Of a DNA stretch of 64,000 nt, positions 25,035 to 38,329 are shown one piece after another (the first letter of the stretch is position 1; every line of letters begins with the position of its first letter). Location: positions 46,946,464-47,010,463 of the forward strand of contig NC_043011.1 of the NCBI RefSeq assembly GCF_006345805.1. The letters are read 5' to 3'. The notes below the pieces were generated by a model. That model worked only from the letters and a program-made list of their open reading frames with translations. It did no database searches and was not told the DNA's origin. Source of the DNA: Octopus sinensis (Eukaryota). Both the position numbers and the translations under genes were made by a program.

Positions 25035-25530
25035 AGTTTGCTTACAAATCACATGGTTTCGGGTTCAGTTCCACTGCGTGGCACCTTGGGCAAGTGTCTT
25101 CTACTATATCCTTCTACTATGTGATTTGATCTGAGATCGTGTGCTGAAACGAAAACAATTGCAGCGTGGAAGGTGTTTGTAAGCCATTTAAGAAACACAC
25201 AAAAGCCGTTCGATTCTCTTCAGCATTTAAATTTAATTTGTCAAAATATTTTCGTCGCTTTAAGACCGCGACCTGTTCACTGACAAAAATCCGTGCTGAA
25301 TCATATATATAAGTATGCATATGTGTGTCTGTGTTTGTCCCCCCAACATCACTTGACAACCAATGCTGATGTGTTTACGTCCCTGTCACTTAGCAGTTCG
25401 GCAAAAGAGACCGATAGAATAAGTACTAGGCTTACAAAGAATAAGTCCTGGGGTTGATTTCCTCGACTGAAAGGCGGTGCTCCAGCATGGCCACAGTCAA
25501 ATGGCTGAAACAAGTAAAAGAGAGAAAAAG
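25035..25530 (+). mobile_element. SINE family A interrupted by an unrelated 180-bp sequence (25121-25302)
   Basis: Head runs to CTTCTACTAT, then foreign sequence, then the SINE tail resumes near 25320. Confidence 0.8.
25237..25287 (-). ncRNA. Minimal type-I hammerhead candidate with G3-C8 swapped core (family H2)
   Basis: Minus strand TTTGTCA GTGAACA G GTCGC GGTCTTAAA GCGAC GAAA ATA TTT TGACAAA: 7-bp stem I, 5-bp stem II, palindromic stem III AATATT. Confidence 0.7.
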
Positions 25531-26168
25531 ATATATATATATATATATATACACAACTAAGGATTAGCATATTAAAAGGTGACCATTGGAAAAATCATTT
25601 AAATATAAGGTCTATATGAATGCCTGTGTCTATAACAGCAAAAGAAATCAATAGACAAAGTTGAGGGTGTATATTTTATTAGAAGCTGGTGATTATAAAT
25701 TATAACCTTAAGTCTCATAGTTTTGATTGCTCAAATATTTGAACAATCAGAAACAGGAGCTCAAGCTCCTATTCTAAGTAAACTAGAGATCACCAGCTAC
25801 ACACACACACGTTTACATAATGTTGATTGCTTGAAATTATCCTCCATTCTCATTTAGAGTCAGATGCAATTGCTACTAGGTGATAGTTTACTTTCTCTCT
25901 AAGTGAAACCAATTCAAAAGCATAAATCAATAATTTATCTCGTATGGTATTTAGGATATCATTCTTTGTTCTTCTCATCCTGATTCATGCTACAAGGCAC
26001 TGTGGGTTATTTCTCCCAGCTCATTTTTGTTTTACACACACATGCATATTTTCATATAAATGTGTGTGTGTGAGTGTGTATACACACACATATATATAAA
26101 TATATACATATATAGCATATGTATTGACATACATATATATAAATATACGTATACACACACACACATGC

Positions 26169-26199
<31 letters not shown>

Positions 26200-26899
26200 T
26201 AAATATATATATATATGTATATGTATATATTTATGTATATGTATATATTTCTCCTTAAATCTTATTCTATCACCAATATTTCCCTATCAAGCCTTTTCCA
26301 TTTCATTTCCCATCTTTTTCTATTTTTTTTTTATTGAAGATATTGATTGGTATGTTTTTTTTTTATTTTCATTTTGTAAGAAATTAATAAAAATGAATTC
26401 TTCAAAATGCTTCACATTTACCAATTTATTGATGCACGATGATTAGAATCTTGAATTATGCAATAAATTGCAATAATATGCAATGAAAGATGTTAAGCAA
26501 TATTCCCTGAAATAAATATTTCCTCTCTCTAAAATATTTGTTGTTTTAGGTTTTCTGTGATCCTTTTCTCTTTTGTTTTTGGTATGTTTTTTATTCCACT
26601 ATGAAAATTTATGATTTTGGTTTGTTTGTAAGTATTTTTTTTAGAGCTTTTCATAAACTCCAATTCCGTTCAATCTCCTGCTTTCCATAAACTTGATAGA
26701 AAATATATTCTAATTAAAAATCTAATGATTTAATTGGTTGTAGGAGAGAGGAAGACGCAACAAGGGAGTGAAGAGAATGAAGAAGGAACAAGAAGAAGAA
26801 GACAGGAACAATAGCATCAGCTGATTCACCAATGTAGAGAAAGATGCAAAAAGAAAAAAGAAGAAATAAAAGCCAAAGCAGTCACATGTGTGTATATTG

Positions 26900-27020
26900 T
26901 GTGTGTGGTACTGGGTAGGGTTCTGAGTTCTGAGTTCAAATTCCGCCAAGGTCAACTTTGCCTTTCATCCTTTCGGGGGTCGATAAATTAAGTACCAGTT
27001 ACACACTGGGGTCGATATAA
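26900..27020 (+). mobile_element. SINE family B fragment
   Basis: GAGTTCAAATTCCGCCAAGGTCAACTTTGCCTTTCATCC. Confidence 0.8.
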
Positions 27021-27028
27021 TTGGCTTG

Positions 27029-27370
27029 TGAAGGCGCATGGCTCAGAGGTTAGGGTGTTGAGCTTATACAATCGTGAGGTTGTGAGCTCGAATCCCGGAC
27101 CGGGCTGTGTGTTGTGTTCTTGAGCAAGACACTTTATTTCACATTGCTTCAGTTTACTCAGCTGTAGAAATGAGTTGCGACGTCACTGGTGCCAAGCTGT
27201 ATTAGCCCCTTTGCCTTTCCCTTGGATAACACTGGTGGCGTGGAGAGGGGAAGCCAGTATGCATGGGCGACTGCTAGACTTCCATAAACAACCTTGCCCG
27301 GACTTGTGCCTGGGAGGGTAACTTTCTAGGTGCAATCCCATGGTCTGTGTCGTGACCGAAGGGGGTCTCA
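27029..27370 (+). mobile_element. SINE family D
   Basis: Homologous to 11118-11440. Confidence 0.85.
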
Positions 27371-28464
27371 TTGGGTAGGGTGGTACAGGCTTCCACACAG
27401 TTCCAAGCTACAAATGCACTGGTTGGCTTAAGGCTCAGATAAAAGCCACTTGTCCATGGTGCTATGAAGCAGCTTGAAACTCAACCTGCTTCTAAGACAC
27501 TGAGAAGCAAATATCTTAGCTACACTGCCATCATTTCACATCTATTTTTCTCCACGATGGCATTGGATGGAAAGGCCATCACTGTCTGTCAGTTCTCATT
27601 CAAAGTTACTACGCACTTAGCCACATTTCATTCTATGTTATCATTTGACATGAAATCTGTTCATGAATGTCTTTCCTACCACCACTCAATTTACAGGTTG
27701 TATAGGTTATATTTAACCATGGCTCCAAATGCTACAGACATTGTCATATCCTTGTCAAGAGTAAAGTGTCTTTTCTAGCATACATTGTCTCTGATCATTC
27801 ACCGACAATGTTACAGACTAAATGGAGTGCATTTAATTATGACATCAGCATGAATGGAGTTAGTTCGTCTCCTGAAAGACTACAGATTCATCTTGAAATT
27901 GTATTTACTATTTCAAGACAGCATAATCAAGAGAGTGACATTGATGAAGTGGGTGATAGAAGACATAGTGCGAGTAGGAGGAAAAGAATGAGAGAAGAGA
28001 GGCAAGAGAGACAGAGACAGAGAAAGAGAGAAACAGTGTGATAGTTCCATGTAGTAAATGTTAGTTACTTGTAAAGAGAACAAACAGCAGAATAGTACGA
28101 GCAGCATCATGATGGGTAGCAGTGATGAGAAGTCGGGATAAGAGTGACAAGGAGATAGTGAGTAGTAAAGATGGTTGACGGAACATGGGAATGGTAGCTA
28201 TCAATGAAGAATCACATGGAGAAGGAGAGATTGATTGTTTGTGGCAGTGGATGCCACAGAGAGTAAGAAATACTGAGCAAAATGAACAGCCCAGCTATGT
28301 TAACCCTTTATCCCTTATTGTGCTGGGTACACAAGATAAGCTATTGAGCAACAAAGGGGCTATAGAAGAAAAAGGGAAAAATTTGAGACCTTGTGCTTCC
28401 AGTAGAAAGAATTATTATCATTATTATTAATTTATTATTATTATTATTATCATTATTATATATA

Positions 28465-28850
28465 CTCTTTTACTTGTTTCAGTCATGTGACTGTGGCCAT
28501 GCTGGAGCACCGCCTTTAGCTGAGCAAATCGACCCCAGGGCTTATTCTTTTGAAGCCTAGTACTTATTCTATCGGTCCCTTTTGCCGAACCGCAAAGTTA
28601 CAGGGACGTAAACACACTAGCATCGGTTGTCAAGCGATGTTGGGAAGACAAACACAAACATACAAACATATACACACATACATATATACGACAGGCTTCT
28701 TTCAGTTCCCGTCTACCAAATCCACTCAGAAGGCTTTGGTCAGCCCAAGGCTATAGTAGAAGCCACTTGCCCAAGGTGCCACGCAGTGGGACTGAACCAG
28801 GAACCATGTGGTTGGTAACCAAGCTACTTACCACAGAGCCACTCCTATGC
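28465..28850 (-). mobile_element. SINE family A
   Basis: Full-length reverse copy. Confidence 0.9.
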
Positions 28851-29431
28851 CTATATATATATATACATATATAGATTCGTTTCTATGACAAAGGACAGAG
28901 ATCACATGTAATCATTGATTGCACTGTTATCAACCTGAAGCTTTTCCCAGGATAGATTAGGCATCAAGAGATCTAAGACAGTCTTGTATTATTGAAAAAC
29001 TTAAACGAATGTAACCAATACCAAATATTTTGCAACACAGAAACGAAATTGTAAAAAGCCAAAACAAAACAAAAAAAACATAAAATAAAACAAAATAAAA
29101 TTAAAAAGAAATGTTTTGTTTTCATGGAAGCGGTTACTTCTGTTATGCATGCTTCAATATATATTCTTGGATATTCCATACTGCTGTCTGTCTTCCCAGT
29201 GATCAATATGAGTAGTCACATATGTTATTCCTCTTATACACTCACCAAACTATGTGTAAGTGTGTGCATATATACATACACAAACCAATGTATCACATAT
29301 ATATATATATATATACAGACACATAGAAGTATATAAATATATATACGCACAGAATACATATATTCATTTATATATAATATATATATATAAATGTGCATGT
29401 ACTTAGAGATATAATATACATATATATAAGT

Positions 29432-29830
29432 GCAGGAGTGGCCGTGTGGTAAGTAGCTTGCTTTCCAACCACATGGTTCTGGGTTCAGTCCCACTGCATG
29501 GCATCTTGGGCAACTGTCTTGTACTATAGCCTCAGGTCAACCAAAGCCTTGTGAGTGGATTTGGTAGACGGAAACTGAAAGAAGCCTGTCGCATATATGT
29601 ATATATATATATATGTGTGTGCATGTGTTTGTGTGTCTGTGTTTGTCCCCCCAACATTGCTTGACAACCGATGCTAGTGTGTTTACGTCCCCGTAACTGA
29701 GCAGTTCGGCAAAAGAGACCGATAGAATAAGTACTAGGCTTACAAAGAATAAGTCCTGGGGTCAATTTGCTCGACTAAAAGCGGTGCTCCAGTATGGCCA
29801 CAGTCAAATGACTGAAACAAGTAAAAAATT
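29432..29830 (+). mobile_element. SINE family A
   Basis: Full-length forward copy. Confidence 0.9.
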
Positions 29831-30639
29831 AAAGAGAGAGAGTGTATTATATAAACACATAAATACAAATATTCATATACATATATACACACACATATAT
29901 ATATATATATATACACACACATTCTTACATAAACACAAATGCAGATATTCACACACACACATGCATAGGCACACACACACACACATTATTATACAAACAC
30001 ATGCATACAGATATTCATATACATATATATGTGTGTACGTGTGTGTGTATATATATATATTTATATGTGTGTGTGTGTATATATATATATATGTGTGTGT
30101 GTATGTATGTATGTATGTGTGTGTCTGTATATTTGTACACACATAAATACACATATTCACACCTCCTGTTGCATGTACAGAGACATAATACATCATGTTA
30201 GTCCAAATGATGCGTGGAAAAGATTACTCGAGATTGCATCCTGAAAATTCTGTTGTAAGGAATCTGTCTCAAAGACAAATACATATATATCGTATATTTA
30301 ATCCAAATATCTCATTGATATGCAAGGGATGCATGATGAAAACACAGTTGAGGTAGGCATGGTGGACAGATCTGGCGTCGTATATCTAACAAGACGGTAG
30401 ACTTTAATACAGATCCAAAAAACTGGCATTGATATATATGTTTATGGAAACTTTCAAGTTCGTCCTACATTTATAATTTTTAACATAGTGTAGTATATTT
30501 CTCTTAGGAGATTTGACACTTGTGTATGATGAAAGGCAAGTTATGTGTTGTGTGTATGTGTTCGTTTTACATCTGTTTCTCTATGCTTGCATGGGTTAGA
30601 CACACACACACATATTTAACATCTATAGTTATTCGGTGT

Positions 30640-31305
30640 TTAACCCTTTATCATTTAAACTGGCCATATCAGGTCTGAAAATTCTACCTGTTATATACTC
30701 TTTGCTCTTTTACTTGCTTCAGTCATTTGACTGCAGCCATGCTGGAGCACTGCCCTTAGTTGAGCAAATCAACTCCAGGACTTATTCTTTGTAAGCCTAG
30801 TACATATTCTATTGGTCTCTTTTGCCGAACCGCTAGGTTACGGGGACGTAAACACACCAGCATTGGTTGTCAAGCGATGTTGGGGGGATAAACACAAACA
30901 CAGAAACATATACACACACATACATATATATACATATACATATATACGATGGGCTTCTTTCAGTTTCCGTTTATCAAATCCACTCACAAGGCTTTGGCCG
31001 GCCCAAGGCTATAGCAGAAGACACTTGTCCAAGGTGCCACGCAGTGGGACTGAACCCGGAACCATGTGGTCGGTAAGCAAGATACTTACCCCACAGCCAC
31101 TCCTGCACCTATGTTTAAAATAGCTATCTTTAAAATATGTTTAAAATAACTATATCCAGCCTCTCACACTTACCCTACTATGTCATTCTGAACACAAACT
31201 ATCAGATCATTGAAATCTCGAAGTTACGAGGTAATATATGATTAATTAAAATGTGAATAAATAACCATTAATTTTGACGGAGTAATCTGAATGCTAATGG
31301 GTTAA
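30640..31305. mobile_element. Second TTAA-flanked MITE family, interrupted by a SINE A (about 30700-31110, minus)
   Basis: TTAACCCTTTATCATT ... AATGCTAATGGGTTAA; related ends near 51922 and 57308-57331. Confidence 0.55.
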
Positions 31306-31427
31306 CACCTAATTATATATATAAATAATTAATTATTAAAGTGGAGAAAATTATCAGAAATATCATTTCTATTCATATTTTCAAATGTATAATACTGTAC
31401 AAAGGAATTTCTATTTCTTATTCTGTT

Positions 31428-31648
31428 ATATTTTGTTGTGTCTGGGGAGAGTCTCACTCTTTTAGTGCCTTATTATTTAATGCAGCTTAGATGACGGACA
31501 GACAGAGTAATGACTATTGAAAAGGTTGCATGATGCAAAAAAAATTTTTGGAAAAATAAATAAGTAAATGAGTGGAAACTTTACCAGTGAGTGTGTTAAA
31601 TAATAAGGCACTAAAAGAGAATGACTCTCCCCAGACACAACAGAATAT
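31428..31648. repeat. 53-bp inverted repeat with 115-bp spacer
   Basis: 31428-31480 versus 31596-31648 (TGTTGTGTCTGGGGAGAGTC...TAGTGCCTTATTATTTAA). Confidence 0.9.
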
Positions 31649-31737
31649 GCTTCAGCACACAAAGTCACATAACGAATCTTGCAAACCAAATCCAAAAACG
31701 AAGTATTCTACTACATATATATATATATATCGCCATG

Positions 31738-31912
31738 ATAGATCAGTAGCCACTACACACATTTTTTTCTATCCTTGTTTTTTTCTGTGTCCCTTTCTGT
31801 AGAAGAGCATAGGCTCGAAACATAAAAGAGTTTTTCAATTCCTGAGCATTATACTTTTGTTTTCTACACCACCTTTCTTTGTCTCTTGTTTTTCTTTCGT
31901 GAACTCTCCCTA
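31738..31912 (+). mobile_element. Family H3 copy with hammerhead-like motif at 31793-31828
   Basis: CTTT CTGTAGA A GAGC ATAG GCTC GAAAC ATA AAAG. Confidence 0.65.
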
Positions 31913-31949
31913 TATATAACATTTAATGTACACTGCATTAAGGGAAGGC

Positions 31950-32280
31950 ACATTGCACAGTGGCTACAGTTTCAGGCTCACAATCATGAGTTAAGGAGTT
32001 CAATTCCCCAACCGGGCTGTGTGTTGTGTTCTTGAGCAAAACACTTTACGTCCCATTGTTGCAGTTCACTCAGCTGTAGAAATGCGTTGTGACATCACAG
32101 GTGTCAAAGCTGTGTCAGCCTTTGCTTTTCCCTTGGACAACATCAGTGGCATAGAGATGAGGAGGCTGGTATGCATGGGCAACTGCTGGTCTTCTATTAA
32201 CAACCTTGCCCAGACTTGTGCCTCAGAGGGGAACTTTCTAGGAGCATCCCATGGTCATTCATGACTGAAAGCAGTCCCTA
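31950..32280 (+). mobile_element. SINE family D
   Basis: Diverged homologue of 11118-11440. Confidence 0.8.
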
Positions 32281-32589
32281 CCCTTTTATACTGTATTAAA
32301 ATAAGAGCTACTAATAATGTCTTGCCATTAAGACACACGATTAGGCACATTATAAAAACTTGCCTAACTTTCTCTACAGCATGAAATTATTAGCAACTCT
32401 TATTTTAATGCAACCTACATTAAATGATATATTCCACTGGACAGAGTTCATTTCTTCTATCAACTTTACCTTAATGGAACAGTAGACTATATATATCTAT
32501 TCTTAACTGCCCATGAGGCTATACTGCTGTCAACTTCCATGATCGGGCTCTTTGTTGGGGTTATTTGGGAGTAGACCAAGCCCCATTCT

Positions 32590-32803
32590 CTTTTACTCCT
32601 TTACTTGTTTCAGTCATTTGACTGTGGCCATGCTGGAGCACTGCCTTTAGTCGAGGAAATCGACCCCAGAACTTATTCTTTGTAAGCCTAGTACTTATTC
32701 TATCGGTCTCTTTTTGCCGAACCACTAAGTTATTTGAACGTAAACATACCAGCATCAGTTGTCAAGCGATGTTGGGGGGACAAACACAGAAACACAAATA
32801 TAT

Positions 32804-32834
<31 letters not shown>

Positions 32835-32998
32835 CAATGGGCTTCTTTTAGTTTCCATCTACCAAATCCACTCACAAGGCTTTGGTCAGCCCGAGGGTAT
32901 AGTAGAAGACACTTGCCCAAGGTGCCATGCAGTGGGACTGAATCTGGAACCATGTGGTTGGTAAGCAAGCTACTTACCACACAGCCACTCCTATGCCT
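32590..32998 (-). mobile_element. SINE family A
   Basis: Full-length reverse copy. Confidence 0.9.
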
Positions 32999-33240
32999 AG
33001 GAGTTAAGAGTATCTTATAGTGACTCCGAGCCCTTGGTGTTTATAAAAGCATGTGCACTGTTATATTCCAATACACTTCTCCCCAGTAATGTCACACCTC
33101 TCTCTTGTACACACACACACAAACAGGCATACATAGATACATACATACATACATACATTGCACACATCAATATGTGAGTTCATGTATGTGTCGACATACA
33201 TATGAACATACACCTATATATACACATACATACATATATA

Positions 33241-33491
33241 TTGGGCTGATGCATAATTATTGCAGCCTTTTTTCAACACATTTTATTTAATGTAAACAAT
33301 AACAATATTTAACAAAAACATCTTTAAATGATGGTCTGACTGTCTTCCAAGCAAATGGAAAGCAGTAATTGAAGTAGATGGTGAATATGCTCCGGAATAA
33401 TCATTTGAAGATGTTTTTGTTACATGTTGTTATTGCTTTTATTGAATAAAATTTGTTGAAAAAAAAACGCAATAATTATGCACCAACCTAA
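33241..33491. mobile_element. Mariner-derived MITE with TA target duplication
   Basis: TA|TTGGGCTGATGCATAATTATTGC ... GCAATAATTATGCACCAACCTAA|TA; internal remnant LPSKWKAVIEVDGEY matches the mariner C-terminus. Confidence 0.85.
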
Positions 33492-33559
33492 TACCTACAT
33501 ACATACATACATACATACATACAAACAGACAGATAGACAGACATAAATATATATATATA

Positions 33560-33957
33560 CTAGCAGTATCGCCCGGCGTTGCTCGGGTTTGTAAGGGAAA
33601 TAACTATATAAGCATTTTTAGAGATGTAAAGTATAATAGCCATCTCAATATGGTTAACAACAAAGGGGGGGGGATTACTGTAGCTTTTTACGTTCTGAGA
33701 TTTAATAATAAAATTTTAGAGAGTTACTTCCCTTATATATGCCAAAAATACATTAAAAATGGGAAAAATTGACGGTAAATTTTTTTTTAAATCGTAGACT
33801 CATCGTAGACACGCCCTAATACCCCAGAAAGGCTCGATATGAATCACGACTATAAGATACCCAGTTTTGGTTAAACTGCACCGCAAAATGTGGGAGTAGT
33901 TAGGAATCTAAATCGTAGGAGACAGACAGCACACAACCTCACTTTTATATATAAAGA
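33560..33957 (-). mobile_element. Non-autonomous Helitron
   Basis: Minus strand A|TC...CCCGAGCAACGCCGGG hairpin...CTAG|T. Confidence 0.8.
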
Positions 33958-34529
33958 TATATATATATATAGATAGATAGATAGATAGATAGATAGATGG
34001 ATGGATGGATGGATGGATAGACAGACAGATAGATAGATAGACAGATAGATAGATAGATAGTCTCTCTCATTTACACAACACACATGCACACATATTACAT
34101 ATGTAAACACACGCACATATGTATATACATATTTTACTTGTTATAAATATTAAAATCATATTTAACGGGAGAAAGAACCAATAATTATGTAATGACTGTT
34201 AATAAATATAATAAATAAAACAGAGATAAACTACGAAGACAAAGAACGCAAGATATACATATTGGTTGGAAATACCAAATTCTGTCATGGCTCGCATCCT
34301 TGACATTTTCAGTATTTCAACATTTTGCTTCGCCACAGTTCTCTCAATCGATTTTAGCAGACAATTCCACAGAAAGGCAAAGAAGGAAAAGTAGGGAAAA
34401 AATATATTCAAAATGATGAGGATAATGACGATGTTCATGAAATGATGATGATGATGATGATGACGACAATAGAGAGATACATACATATATACATATATAT
34501 ATACATACATTTATATATAAATACCTACA

Positions 34530-34573
<44 letters not shown>

Positions 34574-34938
34574 GCAAGTAGCTTGCTTACAAAACACATG
34601 GTTCCGGGTTCAGTCCCACTGCGTGGCACCTTGGGCAAGTGTCTTCTACTATAGCCTCGGGCCGACTAAAGTCTTGTGAGTGGATTTGGTATTTGTGGTG
34701 GTGAAGATGATGATGCTGGTGGTGTTGATGGTGAATAGGTGGTGGTGATGGTAGTGGTGTTAGTTATGATGATGATGATGGAAGTGGTTGTGGCAATGAT
34801 GGTGATTTCTTCTTTTGACACTAAGGTATCGGATGAAGTAGGGAAGTTACAAAGACAAGCTGTAATATGTGTCAGGGGTCACATAAAATCAACTGATGAA
34901 AGAAACAAAAGCCAAAAGATGACCGATGGGTAAATGAA

Positions 34939-35342
34939 GAAGAATGATCGGGTTCCTACAGCCGGTCTCTGTTATTGCCTGAATCTCCGGCCCCTCCCTT
35001 CGGTGCTTCTACAACAGCGTTTAAGGTGGTTCGGTCATGTGGCCCAGCGTCCAGAGGGTGAGCTGATTCGCGATATCCTCCTCCCGCCTCCATTTCCCAG
35101 CTGGCGCAAACGCGAGTGTGGGCAACTGAAGACCTGGGCAACAACGATAAAGGAGGACCTCTCTGAACTCTCAGGTCTGCAGGTGGTCGGTCTGCGCAGA
35201 TGGAACCGTGAATGGCTTGCTATCTCCAGTGACCTCACACAGGACCATTGAGCGTGGGCCGCCATGGTTCATGATGCCATCAGGACCAGAGAAGAAGCTG
35301 GCCCAACCAGCCCTGGGGGATTGCCGTCACAAGTACAAGTAA
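34939..35342 (+). mobile_element. 5'-truncated RTE-clade LINE with 14-bp target-site duplication
   Basis: ORF remnant with QRLRWFGHVAQRP; (CAAGTA)n tail; GATGGGTAAATGAA at 34925-34938 and 35343-35356. Confidence 0.9.
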
Positions 35343-35807
35343 GATGGGTAAATGAAACATTGACAGACTAAATAATATTTATGAATACATTTAGATGCAG
35401 TGCTCCTGATACAGGTGAGTCTCCAACTAAACCCAGTCAAGGAACCTCACAGATCTAAGAACACAGGCCCTTTCCGAGTTATATAATTCACAGGGCCAGT
35501 TTCCTGGTTTCTATGGCACATATGTTTCCCGACTTCTCTAGATGGGACATTTGTCCATGGCAGATTACTTATTTTTTGCCAACTGAGTGGACTAGAGCAA
35601 TGTGAAATGAAGTGTCTTGCTCAAGAACACAATGCACTGATCTATCCAGGTACTGAACCCACAACCTGGTAACAGCTACCAAACTGCCTGCTAAGCCATG
35701 TTAAAGAAGGATGGTGGGGCAATCTTCATGATGGATTTTGCTAATAAGAGGATCCATCCAACATATAAACAAGGGCTGTTTGACATAAAGCTACAACTTA
35801 CCATCAC

Positions 35808-36032
35808 TTAACCCTTTCATTACCAACCCGGCTGAAACCGGCTCTGGCTCTGTAGTACAAATACCTTGTTTTCTAAAGTTCTGAATTAAAATCTTCGATC
35901 AAACCTTAGTCACAATTTAAGTTCTTAACACTAGCTTAATGATAACTAAGTTATTTTACTAAATTCTTTGGTATATTTAAAGTAATTGAAAGAAACACAA
36001 AGCATCTCAAAATACAGTAACGAAAGGGTTAA
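35808..36032. mobile_element. TTAA-flanked MITE (piggyBac-type)
   Basis: TTAA-CCCTTTCATTAC ... GTAACGAAAGGG-TTAA. Confidence 0.85.
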
Positions 36033-36855
36033 ACACTGTACAAGCATGTGCAGTACAATTTCATCAGTTTACTGCAATCCAGTCTCACTTAACGGTATTT
36101 CTGTACCAGTAGAATATGCACCAGAATGAAAGTACTGTTTGGTAACATTGTCAGGCTTTATGGTTGTTTTCCATTTTAGTACCTTCCCACCAAACACACC
36201 AATGCAACGTAGTTCTGAATAAATCAGCCAGTTTTTTTTTTTACCTCATTGACATTTAGTGTTTCCTGGATGTTATTATGACTCTTAGTTAGCATTGGTT
36301 TTCTTAATATTGCTAACATAGAACTTCCACTGATAACATTGACCAAGTAGTAGAGGGCATCGAATGCCTGAAGATATGATATATGTTTAAATATATGCTA
36401 GGGGCCCTCATCTTAGTCCTTTCTTTAACCCAGGACTCTGCAACTCCATGGAAAAAAAAAACCCAGCTATGGAAATAATGCTGACATGATGTTGACAATA
36501 ATGATGCTACTGATATTGGTAAGGATGATGATGCTATTGATGTTGGTGGTGAGGATGATGATAATTTCTTTAATGATTTGGTCTGAAGAAAGAACGCACT
36601 GATCCTGGCCATCACAGATCCTCCATGACTTATATCATCAACTTAGTGTTTCTCTTTAATTGTTACTAGTTGATGGCTGTATGCAAAACAAGGGCAGAGC
36701 ACCAATCCCAGAGGAATGACATTCTAAAGAGGAAGGACTGAGTAAAATAGTCACAGCAGTGGTGCTGGAATGAGTGTGACTGGACAGATTGGAGATTGAG
36801 AGGAAGAAATACAAGTAAGTTTAGAAGTATTTTAGTGAAGATGATGTGAGACCAG

Positions 36856-37245
36856 TCCATCATCATCATCATCATCATCGTTTAACGTCCGTTTTCCATG
36901 CTAGCATGGGTTGGACCATTCAACCGAGGTCTAGGAAGCCAGGAGGCTGCACCAGACTCCAGTCTGATCTGGCAGTGTTTCTACAGCTGGATGCCCTTCC
37001 TAAAGCCAACCACTCAGTGAGTGTAGTTGTCTGCTTTTTGCCTGCCACAGGACCAGAGGCCAGAGGAGGCTGGCAACGGCCACGATCGGTTGGTGCTTTT
37101 TACATGCCACTGGCACAGACACCACTCAAGGCGTCACTGGCATCAGCCATGTTCGGAGGGTGTTTTTTTATGTGCCACTGGCACGGGTATCACAACTACA
37201 ATTTCCATTTGATTTTTATTTTGATGTTCATGTACTTGACTCAAT
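36856..37245 (-). mobile_element. Retroposon family C, longer copy
   Basis: (CAT)n CGTTTAACGTCCGTTTTCCATGCTAGCATGGG... Confidence 0.75.
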
Positions 37246-38098
37246 AGGTTTCTTCAAGTACAACAGATCACCCTATGATCCAAGGTAAGCACAGCAGGCC
37301 ATCCTGTGAGCCATGAACTCACTCTAAAGAAAAGTGTCTGCTCTAATAGCAACAGAAAACTGGTGCGTTTGTACTCAATTTTGTACATGAACTGTATTGA
37401 TAGTTGATTTCATTAATTTCTCTGTTAATGACCTGTAATTGCGATGCATTTATTGACAAAATTCCATCAGTATAATCTCCAAATTTTCTCTTCAATAATT
37501 TCATTTCAAAGGGTTGATGGGTTTAAATATTGCACAACATTTCAATGGTTTTTGCTTGGTTTCATCATATCATTAAATGTTTTATAAATGGTAAATATCT
37601 ACCTAACTTTGACAAAATTGAAATATCTGAGTCTTAATTTTTTTTTTTTAAAGCCAGATTGTCAGATCAAATCTAATCAAATCAGATCGGATCAGAGATC
37701 TTACTAAAAGCAGCTATATGAAAGGGTATTACTGTGGAATAAATGAGTAACATTAATTATCTGTTAAACGTGTGTGTGATGATGAAAATCGTTTCGTTGA
37801 TATGATGCTGAATGGAAATGTTCTCATTAGATTTGGATGTTTGTGAATATTTATAAGAAACAAAGACATTTTATAATATTCCCCCCTCTCCCTCTCTCTC
37901 TCTCTTGCCTCTACATTCACTTTTATTTTAAGTATATAGAGAACAAACACAAAGAATAAACGCTGAATTGATAAGATAACTGAATATCCATTAAGTATCT
38001 ATGGCACTGATGAGAGTGAAGAAAGAAATAAAATATCTGTGATATCTTTTAAATGTCACCACACACTTACATACGCGTACATACTCAAATACACAAAC

Positions 38099-38159
<61 letters not shown>

Positions 38160-38329
38160 AGACATTTATACACATGCATGTATGCATGTGTGGGTGTGTG
38201 TGCACATGTGTGAGTGTGTATATATATATATATATAAAAGTGCATACACTGAAGGAAATGCAATGCCATATGATATTCGAATTTTCTCACATGCATAAAT
38301 TGCAGACACACTAGTTAAGTGATTGGGTG

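Noticed and set aside
27464-28041. Consecutive ORFs of 104 and 91 aa
   Set aside because: No homology recognised; the second ends in an (AG)n tract; the SDHSP motif alone is insufficient to call a LINE endonuclease
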